From positions 1 to 64,000 of the IMG/VR virus record IMGVR_UViG_3300001589_007665: 64,000 nucleotides of DNA; one strand, written 5' to 3'. A model generated the notes under the pieces. That model saw nothing but the letters and a program-made list of their open reading frames with translations. It did no database searches and was not told where the DNA came from. How positions within the stretch are numbered: the stretch's first letter is position 1; the number at the start of each line of letters is the position of its first letter. Both the position numbers and the translations under genes were made by a program. The DNA is from a virus. This document shows, piece after piece, positions 10,401 to 20,807 of the stretch.

Positions 10401-13400
10401 CCTGTGGTAGCTATGACAGAAGAAGGAAGTCTTGATGACTTTAATACTGCTAATCCTATTGTTTATGTTTTAAAAGATGATATAGGAAACCAATCAAATC
10501 AAGCTTGTTATATTTCTGGTTCTGGTAGAAATTTTCATGTTTTTACTTCTTTATGGTATAAGAATTTAGACAACTGTGCCTCCCTACCTTTAAGAACGGG
10601 CATTACTGCTACCAAGACGAATTCTTTAGAAAATCTATCTTTAGTTAATAGTATGACAGATTCTGATATATTTCCTCATGGACATAATCCTTCTCACTCA
10701 TCCCCGTTAAAGAATAGAACAGAGCAAGGAAGAGGTGTCAGGCAGCTTATAACATCTAAAGACAGTAACGAAATGGTTATGCTTTACACAGACACAACCA
10801 CAGAAAGTGGATGCGGGGATAATACTAATTTCAATAGGCAATATTTGCTTTATTCTAGTAATTCTGGAGTTACTTGGACTCAAAAATTAATTCATTTCGC
10901 AAGAAACTATCGAGGTCAAAGACCTGGGTCAAAATATACAAAGTCGTATCATTTTGATACCATGGGTATATACTCATCAAATTCTGGTAAATATTTACTT
11001 TATATTGGTCCCGGACCTAAGATAACCGACCCGGATGCCGGTGATATCTACGAATGTAGTAATCCTATTGTTGACCCTGCTGATACATATTGGATACATT
11101 GGTCCTCAGATTATGGCAAGACCTGGGATGAAAAACAGTCTCAGCAAATAAGGGATACAGAACGAAATATAACGAATGAACGATTAGAAAGATATGTTAA
11201 TAATGTTCTTACCACACCAAAGACTAGGAAAGAGTGGGTACCAAACTCATCCGGCCTAAGCAGCATTTCAATTAGAGATGATGGTACCGTGTTTGGCATC
11301 AGCCAAACTCAGGACATATATAGATCAAAATTTAGCGATTTCGGTACCACAACTTCTGCTAAATTAGGAGGTTCTTTCGTCAACGGATGGGATCAAATTG
11401 ATAGCTTTTCTCAGGTTATCAACCGAAGAGAACAGAAAGCTAATTACATACTAGCTTTGCCTAATAATAATGTAATAGTCGGTATTGGAGAACTCATCAG
11501 AGCCCCGAGTACCTCAAGGTCAATGCTGATACCCCATTTTTTCTTTATCTCTAATCAAGACGGAGCTGGAGGATGGAGACAGATGGGTTGGGACAGAAGT
11601 GATGATACGTCTTTGGCGGAATTTATTATTGGAGGATCAGCAAAGATCTTACCTATTGATATTGGAGATGGTAGAATTCGTTTCCTGGCCAAAAAATCAG
11701 ACCAGTTATCTAACTATAAGCTATACTCTTGTTCTTATGACGGCAAACAATTTATAGAAACCGATATAGATTGGACTAAACATCCGTATCATGAGAGAGA
11801 CTGGTTTGCTAAAACTTTCTTTCTTGGTGGTTCTCCAAAAATGCCCACCCGGTCCAATAATAGGCAACCATCCGGTTCTATACCGAGACGAAATATTATG
11901 TTCACTTATAAAAGTGGCATTATTACATATAATAAAGCATCTAAACATGTTTATATAGGAGTTTTAGATGACTCTTATCAAAACGAAACACTATTTAAGT
12001 TTAAATTAATGTCGGATACCTTATCTTTTGTAGAGTCTGCATCATGTATTCCTGCTATAAATACCAAACTTAATACTTCACAGGAATCAGCATCTCTGCG
12101 TGTTTATGACAGAGCTCATTTTCATGGAGATATAGCAGTAGATATAAATGATAATTTATTCTTATCTATGCCATCTAGTTATGGTAAAAGTCCCGTATTG
12201 CTCAAAACTGGAACGGTTGCACCTGCTCCACCGCCTCCACCACCGCCTCCACCACCTGGTTCACCGCCACCTCCTCCTCCACCTGGTTCTCCGCCACCTC
12301 CGCCTCCACCTGGTTCACCGCCACCTCCACCTCCACCTGGTTCACCGCCACCTCCGCCTCCACCTCCTCCTGTAAATCCTACAGATCCACATAATAAAAA
12401 AATATATGCATTGGATACTAGAGGACAGATACAAGTACTAGATATTGCTAATTTAATAGATATCAAAATAGATGCCATAAGTAAAATTAATTATGCTGAT
12501 GCAAATTATTATAATGTAGTCGTTGATCAAAGTCCTAATACATTTGATTTTATTTATGCTAGTAATTATAGATATGATTTGGACGTAGTATTATTTAATA
12601 AATCAAGTGCTAGTTCTTTAGGCATTGATGCTAATCAATTTGGAAACCTGATTAGTTTAAGATTATATCATTTGCGTATAGTCTGGAATCAAAAAGTTGA
12701 TGCTTTTAATGTTATAGATAAAAACAGAGGAAGCATAATATTAAAACACGGTAATACAATTACAAAATTAAAGAATACAGTATTGTCTCCAGTATATGGT
12801 ACTGACGGTAAAGCTAGAGAATTTATTCTTTCTACTACTACTAAATTTCCTGGAGCGATTAAGCCAGCAACTGCGCCTTCTACGGGGAAAAGTTCATTGC
12901 CTGTTGCTTATGTTCCTTATAATAAAGAAAAGGTTAGCTTAGTCATCATGCCTCAAGGAGGAGATGTCAGAAATCCTTTAAGAAGAATCAAGAACTCTAA
13001 CAGAGAAAGTCATCAATTAGGTTCTAGTTTGACGTTAGAACTAGATAGTAATTACATAAATCAATGTCATACATTTGGTAAAAATGGCACTGCTCCAGAG
13101 ATTGCAGGTATTGGTGATAATACCGGTGGTGGCTTAGGTAAAATGTTAAGAGATCGTTGTGCCGGTACTAAAGCCGACTATAGTTCTTATGGAATATCTA
13201 TATTTAAATCTACTGCTGATGGAGTCTTGCCTCCACGACCTGGTATGAGCACTTCAGCCAACCAACCTCTTACTGGCGACGAATTCCCCCATAGAGACAC
13301 TATGAAGGCCGTAGCAGGTAAGTATCAAACAATTACTGTTAATAATGATGGTCATGCGTATTATACTGGTAATTATAGATTCGGACCTCTTAAAACTGGT

Positions 13401-15743
13401 GATATCATACCATTTACTGCAACAGGTGGAGATGAGTATGATTTAGATGACGGAATACATAAGATTCATGTGTTTAAGTCTAATGGCACTTTCAGTATTA
13501 CTTCTAGTCCAGCAGACAGTGACATAGAAATTCTTGTTGTTGCTGGTGGTGGCGGTGGCGGTATCCTAGGAGATAAGGGCAGTGCTGGTGGTGGTGCTGG
13601 CGGGTTAATATCCGAAACCAATATAGATATGCCAGCTGGTCAATATAATATTTCTGTAGGAGATGGCGGTACCGTGGCTGTTAATGGACAAAACAGTTCA
13701 ATAATTGGTTTAGATGTTACATATACAGCTATTGGCGGTGGTGCTGGAGGTAATGGTGAAGGACAACCTAATAAACCAGGAAAAGCTGGGGGTAGTGGCG
13801 GTGGTGGAGGTTTCCAATATCGTGAAAGAAATAATGATTTCCATGGTCCGGGTGGAGCAGGTGTTCCCGGACAAGGATATAGTGGAGGCAATGGTAGTCC
13901 AGGTAATTATATCGGGGGAGGTGGAGGAGGTGGTGCTGGTGGACCAGGAGCTTATCCATCAGATTGTGGAGGAGGTCGAAGACGAGGAGGACAGGGTGGC
14001 ACAGGTAAAGAAAATTTAATTGCTAATGGCGCTAGTGTTAACTTTGGTGATATTAATCATCCTAACTGGTATGCTGGTGGTGGATCTGGCCATGGTCAAC
14101 AGTGTCAGTCTGGTGGATCAAAAGGCGGCGGAGCAGGAACAGGTGGTATTGGACAAGTCAACACAGGAGGTGGTGGAGGAGCAACGCAAGCTGGTGGTAG
14201 TGGAATTGTCATTATTAAATATAAGAAAACAACTATTGAAGCCCCTTATGACGCATCCGCATTTAGAAAAATACCTATTTATAAATCAGACCTTAATACC
14301 TTAATCAGTGATGATGTAAACATTGTAGATGCTGCTATTATGACATATAATCATGGTAATCAAAATCAAATCAATGATTTTGCATCATATATGTGTTACT
14401 TACTAGATTCAGAAGGTCAACTGTATGAGTTTGGTTATAATGTATCTGATCCAACTAATCATAAATACAAGTGTCGTAAGATAGATCAGTTTTTAAAGCA
14501 TAATACAGCACAGTATGCTCCTAATGAAATTACTAGCATATCTGCGGGTCATGATCACATGGTCGTTATTAGAAATGGATTTGCATATGGATTAGGTTCT
14601 GATAAGTATGGGCAATTAGGACAGGGAGGAGCAGGATATTATTCTCAACTTACTCTTCTTAATTCTAGAAATGATTTCATCAAGGCCGCTTGTGGTCCTT
14701 ATCATACAATGCTTCTTAATAGCAAAGGCAACATATTTGTTACTGGACGTAATGATGTTGGTCAATTAGGTCTTGCTAATACAGAAAACAGAAATACTTT
14801 TACTACAATAGCAGATTATGCTGGCAGATGGATCGACATCGAAGCATGTTGTGTGGGTGATTATTTTAATGTCTCGGATGCTCCACCTCCGCCACCTCCT
14901 CCTCCTCCCCCAGGTACTATTGGTGGTAGACCAATAGGGTCGAGAAGTGTGTCATCTACCTCGATAGAAAGACAAAAAACACATTGTCTGGGAATAATAG
15001 AAACTAGACAGCTTTTTGCTTGGGGAGACAATAGTTATGGACAGTGCGGAATTGGTCTTGGCTATGATGGATTAGACATTCCAGAACCACCATTTATTGG
15101 TAGCAATACAGACTATACTCGTCCAATTCTAAGACCTGCTCATGGACAGATACCATACATGTATGCATCTATTCCTGGTATCATTACTAATGGATCTGAT
15201 CTTATTACTAAAGTTCCGATTAGATTTGCTAATTATGTTAAATATGGTACTACTAATCCAGTACTCAATTTTTGTGATCAATTTACACATAATGGAGCAA
15301 ACTATAAACCATTTCCATTTGGACAGGTGGGTAGTGATGGCATTAAAAAATATACAAAGATTCAAGAAATTATTATAGACCCAAATGATGACACATACAT
15401 AACTCTTAGATTGAATTTCAGACCTGGTGAAGTACCGGGAACAAATACATTACCAACTGACAATTCTATATATGCCAGTGGTAAAGAAAGAACATTTACT
15501 AATGCATTATTTTATGCACTAAGACCAGAAGTTGGCAGAATGGCTGCAGGCAGACACACTTCGTTGTTTTTAAATAAGCTTAACAACTTGTACTATTGTG
15601 GTAATCCAAACAGTATTGTATGCACGGCTAGTGCTGGTTCTAAAGAACCATTTGCTACTTTACTTGGTTTGGAAGGTAATTACCATAAGGTTGCTGCTGG
15701 TTTAAGTCATTCTGTAGTAATTACCAGATCTCCAACAAGTTAG
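7434..15743 (+). CDS. Giant mosaic protein: inactive subtilase paralog, Asp-box propellers, polyproline tracts, Gly-rich domain and RCC1 repeats
   Basis: 2769 aa; N-terminus paralogous to the preceding ORF (WIVRLTEKAV vs FIVRLSEKAV) with the triad lost; Asp boxes STDRGVNW, SKDYGNTW, TTDGGETF, SSNSGVTW, SSDYGKTW; EILVVAGGGGGG...GGSGIVIIKY; RCC1 motifs AGHDHMV, GSDKYGQLG, GRNDVGQLG, WGDNSYGQCG; AAGGA SD upstream. Confidence 0.85.
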   Translation: MKVNYDVPSQEWFESFITVNSISEDTDNYWIVRLTEKAVLNMTNVSDVSTILGSGWTPLYCLGLPGLYSVHKSADAVNLSGNDSIQYFYADKPTPSNDVGVLNQLYSPEEEDLEDDISRMDEDTIVNFVAGVPQDPYWNMQWALNPDLSPYDINVTALWQQGRNITTPTYIGILSEGYDAPQPDDISSAYRYNSRAEDISDNPDSNRIYNGSIKGNAIQGITGARHDDECAIAGICPGAVLLSVATTTLGTGCAQDFAIIRGLTFILNKKIEDGLSLPVIVWDGQRGCNSGRSDGIRDAIRACQRQEILIVVPAEDGNPYDRREESGKNITDIADQFTAITYADLVVTSINREGEMPRTANWGRTAVDISAPGESVIASHGLCGIQNVSGTWVAAAHVAGAIALLYEVTGKTGNEVTQAIISSAKQLNAHMAKPIKSGGMLDVQAASAYLGNPISPPPPPPPPTPPPPGLEPCLVDSKFINNGSPFSGFTNDAIMNLKGSYDGKTLIMAAEGSDTSGSANSLGFYSVRADIETKFQKIPTENFSNSDNNNPKSPGYAAFINAFDISDNGNNLVVSNSFTVDSRFGYIESLCISDNGYIYMYTGAASREYDKVSILVSTDRGVNWTEKVIFPFDADNTPYRDQILLSKDYGNTWTSVAVPDKWVSNYYYGVDGFYGPETTTKRCQITPPLMIKHLCSTNLICSDDGTRAMFLLTYGGTPYNHMVARGRAGGNNGSSAYISWFYGHHHSNYTQGHTSLFMSTDNSGNYWKQGSADMKLRSSQSDPGYALANDYDGGLDSNREYQETLYSPESSVQEPIHKVYKLIKMSPNLDAFGLVATVKYSGRQTTLPPASETQDIFGRVVVSKIIYTTDGGETFKRTKHLFEADSDTRHYISKVYSDSGIESGLVPCRNLNKINTSYVDSNGNFTICALVNKVVFQPPVPPPPPPPPPPPDSPPVPTPEVPIWPGPPFGGPGDGNTTVDGTWQDFGVMPVVAMTEEGSLDDFNTANPIVYVLKDDIGNQSNQACYISGSGRNFHVFTSLWYKNLDNCASLPLRTGITATKTNSLENLSLVNSMTDSDIFPHGHNPSHSSPLKNRTEQGRGVRQLITSKDSNEMVMLYTDTTTESGCGDNTNFNRQYLLYSSNSGVTWTQKLIHFARNYRGQRPGSKYTKSYHFDTMGIYSSNSGKYLLYIGPGPKITDPDAGDIYECSNPIVDPADTYWIHWSSDYGKTWDEKQSQQIRDTERNITNERLERYVNNVLTTPKTRKEWVPNSSGLSSISIRDDGTVFGISQTQDIYRSKFSDFGTTTSAKLGGSFVNGWDQIDSFSQVINRREQKANYILALPNNNVIVGIGELIRAPSTSRSMLIPHFFFISNQDGAGGWRQMGWDRSDDTSLAEFIIGGSAKILPIDIGDGRIRFLAKKSDQLSNYKLYSCSYDGKQFIETDIDWTKHPYHERDWFAKTFFLGGSPKMPTRSNNRQPSGSIPRRNIMFTYKSGIITYNKASKHVYIGVLDDSYQNETLFKFKLMSDTLSFVESASCIPAINTKLNTSQESASLRVYDRAHFHGDIAVDINDNLFLSMPSSYGKSPVLLKTGTVAPAPPPPPPPPPPGSPPPPPPPGSPPPPPPPGSPPPPPPPGSPPPPPPPPPVNPTDPHNKKIYALDTRGQIQVLDIANLIDIKIDAISKINYADANYYNVVVDQSPNTFDFIYASNYRYDLDVVLFNKSSASSLGIDANQFGNLISLRLYHLRIVWNQKVDAFNVIDKNRGSIILKHGNTITKLKNTVLSPVYGTDGKAREFILSTTTKFPGAIKPATAPSTGKSSLPVAYVPYNKEKVSLVIMPQGGDVRNPLRRIKNSNRESHQLGSSLTLELDSNYINQCHTFGKNGTAPEIAGIGDNTGGGLGKMLRDRCAGTKADYSSYGISIFKSTADGVLPPRPGMSTSANQPLTGDEFPHRDTMKAVAGKYQTITVNNDGHAYYTGNYRFGPLKTGDIIPFTATGGDEYDLDDGIHKIHVFKSNGTFSITSSPADSDIEILVVAGGGGGGILGDKGSAGGGAGGLISETNIDMPAGQYNISVGDGGTVAVNGQNSSIIGLDVTYTAIGGGAGGNGEGQPNKPGKAGGSGGGGGFQYRERNNDFHGPGGAGVPGQGYSGGNGSPGNYIGGGGGGGAGGPGAYPSDCGGGRRRGGQGGTGKENLIANGASVNFGDINHPNWYAGGGSGHGQQCQSGGSKGGGAGTGGIGQVNTGGGGGATQAGGSGIVIIKYKKTTIEAPYDASAFRKIPIYKSDLNTLISDDVNIVDAAIMTYNHGNQNQINDFASYMCYLLDSEGQLYEFGYNVSDPTNHKYKCRKIDQFLKHNTAQYAPNEITSISAGHDHMVVIRNGFAYGLGSDKYGQLGQGGAGYYSQLTLLNSRNDFIKAACGPYHTMLLNSKGNIFVTGRNDVGQLGLANTENRNTFTTIADYAGRWIDIEACCVGDYFNVSDAPPPPPPPPPPGTIGGRPIGSRSVSSTSIERQKTHCLGIIETRQLFAWGDNSYGQCGIGLGYDGLDIPEPPFIGSNTDYTRPILRPAHGQIPYMYASIPGIITNGSDLITKVPIRFANYVKYGTTNPVLNFCDQFTHNGANYKPFPFGQVGSDGIKKYTKIQEIIIDPNDDTYITLRLNFRPGEVPGTNTLPTDNSIYASGKERTFTNALFYALRPEVGRMAAGRHTSLFLNKLNNLYYCGNPNSIVCTASAGSKEPFATLLGLEGNYHKVAAGLSHSVVITRSPTS
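12222..12372 (+). repeat. (Pro6-Gly-Ser)n tandem coding repeat, 24-bp unit
   Basis: Four CCTGGTTC(A/T)CCGCCACCT units encoding PPPPPPGS. Confidence 0.9.
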
Positions 15744-15753
15744 TGACGCATAA

Positions 15754-15770
15754 GGTGTAAATATAATTAT
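15754..15770 (+). promoter_or_regulatory. Candidate late-promoter motif (copy 3)
   Basis: GGTGTAAATATAATTAT; GTGTA at 15755, 45 nt before the ATG at 15800. Confidence 0.55.
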
Positions 15771-15799
15771 GATTAGAACTTTTAAAATAGGACAATTTT

Positions 15800-18196
15800 A
15801 TGACACTTAGGTATCAAGCACCACCATATATTCATGATGATGACTTTACGCATGGTAGCTATAATGGTGGATTCCCTCTGACTTATTTTGCTTATGGTAA
15901 CGCATTAGAAAAACAAATAGGTCCTGTTTTTACTGCTGCGGTTACTAAAGACTTAAAATACACAGCGACAGTAGATCATACAAATGGTATAATTTATTTA
16001 TTAGATAATAATCTAATTCATCAAAATAGAGATATTGCTGATAATATAAATCCTAACGTCAATCCTCCTGTGCCTCCTAAAAATCCACCAAAATGGGCAT
16101 CTGCTACAGAAAATGTTAAATGTTCTTCTGTAATTGGTTCTGGAGATATACTTGAAGATTTTAAAAAAACACCTAAACATTGTCATGTAAAATTTTTACA
16201 GTATTATGAAAATGGTAATCCTAAATTGTTCTGTGTTAATACTATTAAAGGATTATACTTTTTTAATATAGCATCTGATTTTTCAGACATAGGTTTAATT
16301 TCTGTATATAATCATTTAAATTTAAATCTACAATGTACAAATGCTGAACTAACAGATGATGGAAATACACTTTTCGCTTCATTTGGTCACTACTTGGCTG
16401 CTTTAGATATTACAAATGCTGAAACAGACAATCCTGTATTATTAGATCAATATGAAAATACTACCACACAGAATATTGTTGGTATGGGTTATGATAAAAC
16501 AAATTCTATATTAGCAATGTCTATAACCAATATTAATGGCTATGCTGATCATATAAAATTTATTTATTATGGCGCAGCAACTAAAAAATTTACCCAAGAT
16601 TTAAGATATGAAATAAAAGACAAACCTAATCATGACTATAGGTCTTTATATATTAATTCTCCAATTACGGCTGATGATCTGCCAGTGTTATATGTTACAA
16701 ATACAAACTCTATAGACATTAATGGTGAAGATAGTATGAGGAGTCAAGTTGGACTCAATGTTATATCTTTTAATAGTAACTATACCTCACATGTAAGAAT
16801 GTTAGTTCGACAATTGGGTGAATACTGGAACGATAATGTTATACCATTGGACAAAGCTAAAGAGCCCGGTTTTTTAGCGGGGCAACAAATAAAACAAAGA
16901 TATATTACGGTCAATCCTGATGGTATAATGTGCGTGAATTTTTGGAAAGACTTAACTCCGCAGTACCAAAATGAATATAGAGATTATTCTAAAGAGCGAC
17001 ATTCTGGTTTTGTTATGTATGATATATCTACTAGGACTAATGTCCCTACTAATATAGGCACTATTTATACTCCTATTACCCCTTGGGCTATTTGCTCTAA
17101 AGACAGGCCCGTGTCTAGTTTAATTGCCGAAAGAAACAATTGGGATCAGCATTGTACTCCTGTGTTTGATACTGTTTTAATACACGATGATTCTATATTG
17201 TATAATAAGCACTATCTTTCAATGACGGCTGGTCCAAATTTAACCGTGGCGCCTCGTGTACAAATGATTAATTATAATATATCTACTTCATATCAAGATA
17301 TATTTACTACAGATGAGGCTTACGAAACAGCAATGACGGGAGATGGTCAATATATATTTGTAGCACATGGGGCTGCTGGTATTAAAGCATATAGCTATGA
17401 TTCTACTACTCAACAATATAACACAGACTCTTATTATACATTTACTTTTAATAATAATAAACCTGTATATACATTGGCTATGAGTTTTCGAAATACAGAC
17501 GGCCTGAATCAAGCTAATGAACCATATCAATTATTTGTTGGTGGCGAAAATATCTATGCAATTTTTGATATAAGCAATCCTATAGCACCTTCTTTAATAT
17601 ATCAAGATAATAACGATATTGTGTTTGATACAGAGAATGGGAGTCCTGGTACTTTTAGAACACAATTGTTGCTAAGTAGTGGTTATAATGACTTAGAATA
17701 TACCGTTACTTCTATCAATCCTAACGAAACAGATCCAGAGAATACTACTATTAATTCTCAACCAGTAAATGTATTTACTGATGTTGTTGAAATTAAAAAA
17801 TATGCTGTTAAAGTATATCGTCAACAATTTGATCCAAATAATCCAAACACTAAAGCATTTGCTTTAAAGCTATCTACGGGTGACGGAGGTTATGTTGTTC
17901 GTCCAGAATTACCTATTGGGAGTAGTGCTTCTAATACCAACAGAATTTTAATATTTGATCAATCAGATATTTCTAACGAAGGGCATAGGTTGCTTTTCTC
18001 TACAACAAAAGATGGTACCCATAATACTACTCCCGGTTTTGAGTATCCTATAGGAGTAACAAAAGTTGGCACACCAGGTAATGTCGGTGCCTATACTAAA
18101 ATTAAAATTAATAAATTATTAACGCCAAGATTATGGTACTATTGTGAAAATCACGCATGTATGGGATATACATGTCGTGGAGTATCACCCACATAA
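15800..18196 (+). CDS. Beta-propeller (LVIVD-like) virion-type protein with C-terminal cupredoxin-like domain
   Basis: 798 aa; YIFVAHGAAGIKAY and IFDISNPIAPSLI repeats; C-terminal FDQSDISNEGH...GTPG...LWYYCENHACMG. Confidence 0.7.
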   Translation: MTLRYQAPPYIHDDDFTHGSYNGGFPLTYFAYGNALEKQIGPVFTAAVTKDLKYTATVDHTNGIIYLLDNNLIHQNRDIADNINPNVNPPVPPKNPPKWASATENVKCSSVIGSGDILEDFKKTPKHCHVKFLQYYENGNPKLFCVNTIKGLYFFNIASDFSDIGLISVYNHLNLNLQCTNAELTDDGNTLFASFGHYLAALDITNAETDNPVLLDQYENTTTQNIVGMGYDKTNSILAMSITNINGYADHIKFIYYGAATKKFTQDLRYEIKDKPNHDYRSLYINSPITADDLPVLYVTNTNSIDINGEDSMRSQVGLNVISFNSNYTSHVRMLVRQLGEYWNDNVIPLDKAKEPGFLAGQQIKQRYITVNPDGIMCVNFWKDLTPQYQNEYRDYSKERHSGFVMYDISTRTNVPTNIGTIYTPITPWAICSKDRPVSSLIAERNNWDQHCTPVFDTVLIHDDSILYNKHYLSMTAGPNLTVAPRVQMINYNISTSYQDIFTTDEAYETAMTGDGQYIFVAHGAAGIKAYSYDSTTQQYNTDSYYTFTFNNNKPVYTLAMSFRNTDGLNQANEPYQLFVGGENIYAIFDISNPIAPSLIYQDNNDIVFDTENGSPGTFRTQLLLSSGYNDLEYTVTSINPNETDPENTTINSQPVNVFTDVVEIKKYAVKVYRQQFDPNNPNTKAFALKLSTGDGGYVVRPELPIGSSASNTNRILIFDQSDISNEGHRLLFSTTKDGTHNTTPGFEYPIGVTKVGTPGNVGAYTKIKINKLLTPRLWYYCENHACMGYTCRGVSPT

Positions 18197-18208
18197 CAAG
18201 GAAAACCA

Positions 18209-20803
18209 ATGTCTCAATCATTTAAAATTATTTTTAGCGGCATAACACAAGCTGGAGATTCTAGTACAGTACCAGAATTTTCTGCCAGTTCTATTTTGAA
18301 TTACGATATCGCACCAAATAATAATAATGATATGGTTGTGATAGGTTCTACAAATTTAAATAGTTATTTTATAGACAAAAGACCAAACATAGGTAATACA
18401 AACCATAGTTATAATTATCCTAATACGCAGGTATATACAGATGTTAATTTTGCTTGTTCTACTGATTGGGATTTTAGTGGAGTAATTAGAGAGGGTCTTG
18501 TTAGAGCAGGACCATTAACAAAAATTACAGGACTTTCATCAGGAGCTGTTAGATCTGGAAGTACTATTTATCTATATAAAAATGGTGATGACGTTTATTT
18601 TCAAGGAGGTCAGGGAGCAGCTTTTGGGGCGAATAATGTTGAATTTTCGGATAATGAAATAATATTTGTACAATTTTATCATTTCTTCAGAACGGGAAAT
18701 AATTTTGAACAAGAAAAATATTTAGAATCAATTATTACAGGATATTATAAAGTTTCTTCAATAGAAGAGAGTTCGCCAGCAGGCAACTCTTTGATACATA
18801 TTACTTGTCCAGATGATAATGTTGTTAATTTTACTAATCCTGTAGATATTGTAGGCGGTTATGATATCGGATCATTAACTGATAGTGTTGATTATCCTAT
18901 AAATTTTGGTGGTAGTAATATACACTATTCTCATGAAAGTAGTGCTGGCAGGAAAGAGAGTAATTCTCCTAAGGTTGCTGCTATACCCCGATATAGAAGT
19001 GGTTTGTCGGTATGCAAATTAGACAGTCCACAAACCGATTTTGATATAGAAAATCCATCTAGCATTTCTACTATTTTAGAAAACTATATTTTAGGAGGCA
19101 ACTATACTTCTAATAGCAGCAGAGTTATTGATATTGTATCATATGATCGTGCTGGTGTTTTGTTTGTAGCAGTCAGGGTTTCTGGCGGTGTGCAAATTCA
19201 TATTGTTGATAGCACCACTCTCGCTTTTCAAACTATCAGGAGGTTTCCGTTACTAAAAGATTCTGTCTTCCTTAAAGCAGATAAGAGCTTTAAATTAGAA
19301 ATACCCAACGCTATTACAGGAACAAGAACTGAAAATACTTATCCTTCACTACCAATACAGCCAGACAAATTAGTTGCTTCTTATGCTAGTGTCGATGGGA
19401 CTAACGGTATTAGAATTTACGATCTATCCAGTTTAGAAGATTTTGTTCCTATCATACCATCTGCTACTCCTACCCCAACGCCAACACTTACTCCTACAAT
19501 TACCGTTACTCCTACAGTAACACCAAGTATGCCAGTAACACCATCTAATACTCCCACACTTACTGCTACTTCTACACCTACTCCAACACCTACTCCCAGC
19601 GATAAGGCCCAGTATAGATATACCAGAAAAAGCATAGTATTAGAAAATTTAGACTGTGGAGAGTATGAGTTAACCATAGATTATATGTCTGCTCAATCCG
19701 GACCAGTTGATGTACAGATATTAGATAGTGACGATATAGAAAAAGGACAGTTTGATAATATAATTAAATTTACTCCACAAAATATACAAAATTATCGAAG
19801 AGCAAGTGTATCGGGCATTTCAGAAAAAATAGCTAGCGATGAAAAATATAATCAAAGAATATTTTATACTGTATATCATAGTATTAATATTGATCAAGCT
19901 ATTTTAAAATTTACTCTTAAACATTTGCAATCAGGCAAAGAAAGAGTTGAAACAAGAATAATAGAATGTGAAGGAGTAAGTAATTGCTTAGAAGATCGCG
20001 TTGAATGCGTAAAACAAGATATACAAAAATTTATACAGTTGCCTGACGGTTCTTTTGAGATGTACGTAAAACTTAATCCTCCTCCAACAGTTAGAGAAGA
20101 CGAAAAAGATGTAGCAAAAGCACTTAAAGAAATTATTAATAAAAGCAAGTGTTGCGACATAGCTTTGCAAGTAGAAGACATTCTAGATTGGTATGAAATA
20201 GACCGTACGAATATTACACTGTGTGATCCATATACCGGTGTTCCCACACCTACTCCTAGCGTAACACCAACAATTACGCCTACGCCATCTGTTACGTTAA
20301 CATCCACACCAACTGCAACATCAACTCCAACACCTACCCCTACTACAACTGATTCGGTTATTCCTTGTGGAGAACTAATACAAGAAGGTGGTCAAGGATT
20401 TTTTACATATGATGTTCCATTATTACAAGAAGGAGGAATCATAATATTTGATGTTGATCCCGATGAGGTGCCAGATAAAATAGAATTAATTCATAATGGT
20501 GTTACCAAAGCTACTAGCAGCATGACTAATGATGGTAATTATGGACCATTTGATAGTACTGATGATCCGTTTGCTACACAATTTATTGGTACTTCAAAAG
20601 GAGAAATACCAGATAGGATAGCACAGTTTAAATCTTCTACAGGAATAAGTTCTTATACGATATCTTCTGGATATAAACAGACGTTATGGTGGACATATAC
20701 TTCATCAGATTGGTCTACTGCGGTGTATGCAACTATTAGAGTTGGAGCTCCGTCTAGTGGAACTAAATGGAAACTTAATAGAAGATGTGAAGGAGAATCT
20801 TAA
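18209..20803 (+). CDS. Thr/Pro-rich mosaic virion-type protein
   Basis: 864 aa; propeller-like segments, two TP tracts, C-terminal beta domain ([14 protein letters not shown]...IRVGAP); AAGGA SD. Confidence 0.7.
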   Translation: MSQSFKIIFSGITQAGDSSTVPEFSASSILNYDIAPNNNNDMVVIGSTNLNSYFIDKRPNIGNTNHSYNYPNTQVYTDVNFACSTDWDFSGVIREGLVRAGPLTKITGLSSGAVRSGSTIYLYKNGDDVYFQGGQGAAFGANNVEFSDNEIIFVQFYHFFRTGNNFEQEKYLESIITGYYKVSSIEESSPAGNSLIHITCPDDNVVNFTNPVDIVGGYDIGSLTDSVDYPINFGGSNIHYSHESSAGRKESNSPKVAAIPRYRSGLSVCKLDSPQTDFDIENPSSISTILENYILGGNYTSNSSRVIDIVSYDRAGVLFVAVRVSGGVQIHIVDSTTLAFQTIRRFPLLKDSVFLKADKSFKLEIPNAITGTRTENTYPSLPIQPDKLVASYASVDGTNGIRIYDLSSLEDFVPIIPSATPTPTPTLTPTITVTPTVTPSMPVTPSNTPTLTATSTPTPTPTPSDKAQYRYTRKSIVLENLDCGEYELTIDYMSAQSGPVDVQILDSDDIEKGQFDNIIKFTPQNIQNYRRASVSGISEKIASDEKYNQRIFYTVYHSINIDQAILKFTLKHLQSGKERVETRIIECEGVSNCLEDRVECVKQDIQKFIQLPDGSFEMYVKLNPPPTVREDEKDVAKALKEIINKSKCCDIALQVEDILDWYEIDRTNITLCDPYTGVPTPTPSVTPTITPTPSVTLTSTPTATSTPTPTPTTTDSVIPCGELIQEGGQGFFTYDVPLLQEGGIIIFDVDPDEVPDKIELIHNGVTKATSSMTNDGNYGPFDSTDDPFATQFIGTSKGEIPDRIAQFKSSTGISSYTISSGYKQTLWWTYTSSDWSTAVYATIRVGAPSSGTKWKLNRRCEGES

Positions 20804-20807
20804 AGAT

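Noticed and set aside
20727-20807. Listed N-terminal extension of the 1324-aa ORF (likewise the extensions at 52531, 62176 and 62589)
   Set aside because: Downstream ATGs have better SD or stop/start coupling, and most extensions overlap upstream genes.
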